Shown: positions 60,331 through 64,000 of the stretch, one piece after another
Layout of the letters: the number at the start of each line of letters is the position of its first letter
Position numbering within the stretch: the stretch's first letter is position 1
Assembly (NCBI GenBank): GCA_016748015.1
Contig: JAAOMT010000094.1
Location: 252,520-316,519, forward strand
Length of the DNA stretch: 64,000 nucleotides
Source of the DNA: Geosiphon pyriformis uo1
Lineage: Eukaryota > Fungi > Glomeromycota
Direction of reading: 5' to 3'
The notes under the pieces: generated by a model
What the model was told of the DNA's origin: nothing
Databases searched by the model: none
Seen by the model: only the letters and a program-made list of their open reading frames with translations
Translations under genes and position numbers: made by a program

Positions 60331-62264
60331 ACTATTTTTTGATAATTATGATTGGTTCTATATCTCATAGTATATCTTTTGGTCTGATTAATGGAATTTG
60401 TGCTCCTAGTTATGGTATTACTAATGTTAATCTTTGTGTTGTTTGATAAATTTTTAAATAATTTTATGTGCTGTCTTTTTTAGGATTCTGTTTTCTAATT
60501 GTAACTTATAAAATCTGTTTTCTAAAATTTTGTGTATGTGAAATGATCTGTCCCATTTTGGATCAAATTTTCTATTCCACTGTTTTTCCACTTTGGTACA
60601 ATGTAACAGTACTTTGTCTCCAATCCTAAATTCAACTGGTTTATCTGGTAGTTGGTTATTGTGTCTTTTTTTTTGTTTTTCTTGTAACTTTTGGATGTTA
60701 TCAGCTGCTCTTTACCATTTGTTTTCTAGCATTTCTATTAAGTCATATGTTTTTTTTAACAATGTTTTTTGGAAATTGTCTTCTGTTATTGGTTTTACTG
60801 GATATGTATTGACCTTTATCTCAACTAATAATGTTGCTGTTTTATTATATACTAATTCAAATAGTGTTGCTTATGTAGTATCTTGCTTCATTGTCTGATA
60901 AGTAAATAATACTAATGGTATGAATAAATCTCATTTATTCTGGTTTTCTTGGCTGATTTTGGCTATTGCTTTACACAATATTCTATTATATTTTTTGACT
61001 AATTCATTGGTTTATGGATGATATGGTAATGATAATGGTTTTTTCTTCCAAATCTTTGATTCAGTTCTGTTAATGTTCTATTCATAAAATGAGTTTCTTG
61101 GTCAAATAATAATTCTTTTGAACATCTGTGTTGACAAATCAGATTTTAATGGACAAATTTGGCAATGAATTTTGCATCTGCTCTTTAAATTGCTTTTGCT
61201 TCTGGCCATTTAATGAGATAATCCATGGCTACTGTGATATATCTGTTCTCTCTGCTAGTTATTGTTAATAGTCCGACTAAGTCAATTCCAATATACTCAA
61301 ATGGTTGTTCTACTTTGATTAATCTTAATGGCTTGCTGGGTCTTGTTCCTCCTCTTTTCTAATAAGCATCACAATTTTGAATGTATTAGATGATGTCTAG
61401 ATACATAGATGGCCAATAGTATCTATTTTTGGTTCTTTCTATGATTGCTTCTTTGTGAAAATATCTTGCTGTTGGATTGGAGTACATGTTGAATAATATT
61501 GTTTCTTTCTCTGGTTCTGTGATTACTCTAGTTGGTTGATCTGAATTCTTTCTGTTTTTCTGATAAAGTATATTTTGGTAAGTAATAAAATATTTGAACT
61601 GTTGTTTGATATAGTTTTGTTTTTTTTGAGATAATTTCTCCTTGAACTATTGAATATTTATAAAATATTGAAGTTGTTAATATTTTTGTGTATTTATCTT
61701 TTGTTATATTTTTGGGTTGAAGTATTCTTAGATTTGTTTCATTTATAATAAACTGTTGGCATTTCTGTTTTTTTTTTCTTTTTTTGTAGTGTATGGTATA
61801 TTTAAATAGTGAAAGTTCTATTTTTCATTAAGCATAGTGATTATCTCCAAATTTTTACTTCTAAATTGAAGTCAATTCTTTATGATCAGTGTATATGTCG
61901 AATTTTTGGCTTAAGTATTTTTTCTATTTTATAACTGCTCAATAAATAGCTAAGTGTTCTAATGCTAGTGTTCCATAGTTCTTTTCTGCTGGATTTAAAC
62001 TTTGGCTGGCATATGCTATTGAATGTTCTCTTTTATTTGATTCTTTCTGCAATAATACTGCTCCCAATACTTGACCTGATGCATTAGTAGTAATAATGAA
62101 TAACTTACTGTGATCTAAGTAAATCAGTACTGGAGCTTTGAATAAGCTTTCTTCTTAATATGTCAAAAGCTTCTTGCTGGTTTTTTGTCCATTTATACTT
62201 GGTGTTCTTTGCTTAAAGCTGGTATAATGATTGAGCCAGTTTAGCAAAGTCTTTAATAAAGTGG
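60330..62264 (-). pseudogene. pol: RNase H and integrase remnant of element F (D-type core)
   Basis: Nucleotide-level similarity to D 54425-56200. Confidence 0.85.
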
Positions 62265-64000
62265 TGTTACCAAAGGTTTTTGGTCTCTTTTCTTGAATGT
62301 TGTTAATGTTGATCTGCTATAAATTCATGTTTTTAGGAAGTAGTTGAATCTCCAATAACTGTATTTATCTTCAAATTATCTTCTATAATTTAAACTGCTG
62401 GGCTTATAAGTAGAATGGCCAATTCTATGCCAGTTGCTTTGTATAATTATGTTGTAGTAAACGTCAACTCTTTTCCAAGAATTGCTTGTTTAGAAGCTTA
62501 CTAAAAATGTATAGTTACTTTGCTGTGAAAGTCAACTTTTCTACAGAAATCTTGTTTGTAGGCTACCCTAATAATTGTAATAAGAAAAGAAAAGAAAAAT
62601 AAAAAAAATGTAAAAAAAATAGAATTTTATCAAGAAAAACGTTTTCTGTTCAGGCCTGGAGTCACTAACAGATTATTGAAATTGGTAGTTAATCAATTTC
62701 AAAACGTTAGTTGTGTTGAGGGAATTTTAAGTACAATAATCAAAGAATTTGGTTTTTGAATATTTAATTTTTATTTAAATGTATAAAAAATGATTTGTTC
62801 TAATTAAGATATCTGAAGTGAGATACTATGTTAAGATTCTATGAGAAAATACATTTTCTTGAAGAAAAAAGCTTTTCTTTTATACAACTTGTTGTAGTAC
62901 TAGTCTTTAAACTTGCACTTTTCTCTTTGCTACAATTTGGGTAAACTAAAGATACATTTCGGTCAATTACAAGTTATTTCACTGAACTATTAATTATTTC
63001 AGCCAATTTTCATTAATTTTGGCGAATTTTGATTATGTTAAATGGTTTAGGGTATTGTGTAATTTAATCATCTTAATTTCTAAAGTACAAATCGGATTAT
63101 TGATTGAGTAATAATATTTGATAATTTGATTAAATAATAAGTGATAATCAAAATAATAATAATGTATGCTAATTAATAATAGGAATTATAAAGATAATTT
63201 CATGCTGATTAATAGCTAAAATTCTATTGGTAATATAATTTTCTCCTCAAGACTGAGCTTCATTGAAGTCTAAGCACTATCTGTAATATTAAAATGGTGG
63301 TCCAAGATAATTGAAATGATCTGGTCTGAAAACTGTTAAAATTTCAGTTCTGTGAGCTTTCCAATATATTGAATCTTCATTGGATGGAGTATTGAATTTT
63401 GTAGGACATTTTTACAAGTATTGAATAAATTATAGAGTTTAAATGCTGCTTTAAGTTTATAGCAAGTGTTTGTTGGTCCAGCTGCTGTCTTGAATTCATT
63501 GTGAATTTGTTTTTGTATAGCCTTAGAAGTGATATTGGTTGCTTCAAGTTCCAGTTTTTGTTCATAAAGTGTTTTTCCAATATGAAAATATCTATATATA
63601 TAAGTATATTTATTGTTCTGTTCATTAAAAAATAATAGAAGTTTTTGTTAAATTGTGGCATTTGATGAAATGTTAATAGGAGCAATTAAAAGATTTTCTT
63701 TCAGTGCTTGCTTTAAAAGTTCTGGTAACTTATTTTCAGAATAACTTCTTGTTTTTCTTTTATAGAGGTGATAGTTCTGAGAATTATTAACTACTAAAGC
63801 TGTGATTTCTTTTTGAATGTAATTAATTTGACTTTTATTAATCGTTATTGATAAGTCAAGAAGTGTTTTCAAAGCTAACATTAATTTTTGGGATATTTGT
63901 TGGATATTTCGGGGAATAATCATAATAAAATGACTAACTAATAAAGAAAAAAATAAAGAAAATTATTTTTGAGTATAAGGTTTTATTTGTTTTTGGGTTT
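62265..64000 (-). mobile_element. Element I: 3' end of a B-family Ty3/Gypsy element inserted in pol of F; continues past the right window edge
   Basis: LTR 62265-63235 is homologous to 38639-39607; PPT 63236-63248; ORF3 ~63220-63923 is homologous to B ORF3. Confidence 0.9.
63220..63923 (-). pseudogene. Accessory ORF3 of element I
   Basis: MIIPRNIQQISQKLMLALK...YRYFHIGKT...AAFKLYNLFNTCKNVLQN. Confidence 0.8.

Larger units (their letters stand above)
38454..62264 (-). mobile_element. Element F: 3' part of a Ty3/Gypsy element; 3' LTR split by B (38454-38638 + 58698-59467); internal region 59468-62264 cut by element I
   Basis: The LTR halves rejoin across TSD CTGT. PPT AAAAAAGGAGGAAATAA at 59468-59484. 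ORF3, integrase and RNase H remnants on the minus strand. Confidence 0.85.

Overview
AT-rich eukaryotic DNA, about 90% decayed retroelements. It is probably fungal: the introns, gene content and repeat families suggest an early-diverging Glomeromycotina species such as Geosiphon (inference only). One host gene island lies at 20787-24525 (-): a 19-exon KAT14/CSRP2BP (ATAC2)-like PHD/winged-helix + GNAT acetyltransferase with a single in-frame TAA in exon 2. Two degenerate RNase H-bearing LINEs flank it and have been landing pads for nine LTR insertions. Four are full-length Ty3/Gypsy elements with matched LTRs and 4-bp TSDs: A 3765-14006 (+), C 29915-37682 (-), B 38639-58697 (-), and D 47686-57963 (+, nested in B's 5' LTR). 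Three are cut by the window edge or by nesting: G 1-3362, F 38454-62264 and I 62265-64000. Two are nested solo LTRs (15014-17197 and 15093-16498). The Gypsy elements are non-chromoviral and unusually complex: a helical N-terminal Gag extension with a candidate GUG start, a ~200-aa Cys-rich insert and dUTPase plus pseudo-dUTPase between protease and RT (A, B, D), and a conserved non-Env accessory ORF3 next to the PPT. The best candidate for a new system is this ORF3. It moves between families as a cassette together with a family-specific U3 tandem-repeat array (element F is a clear recombinant), which suggests a trans-regulator/target-array module.
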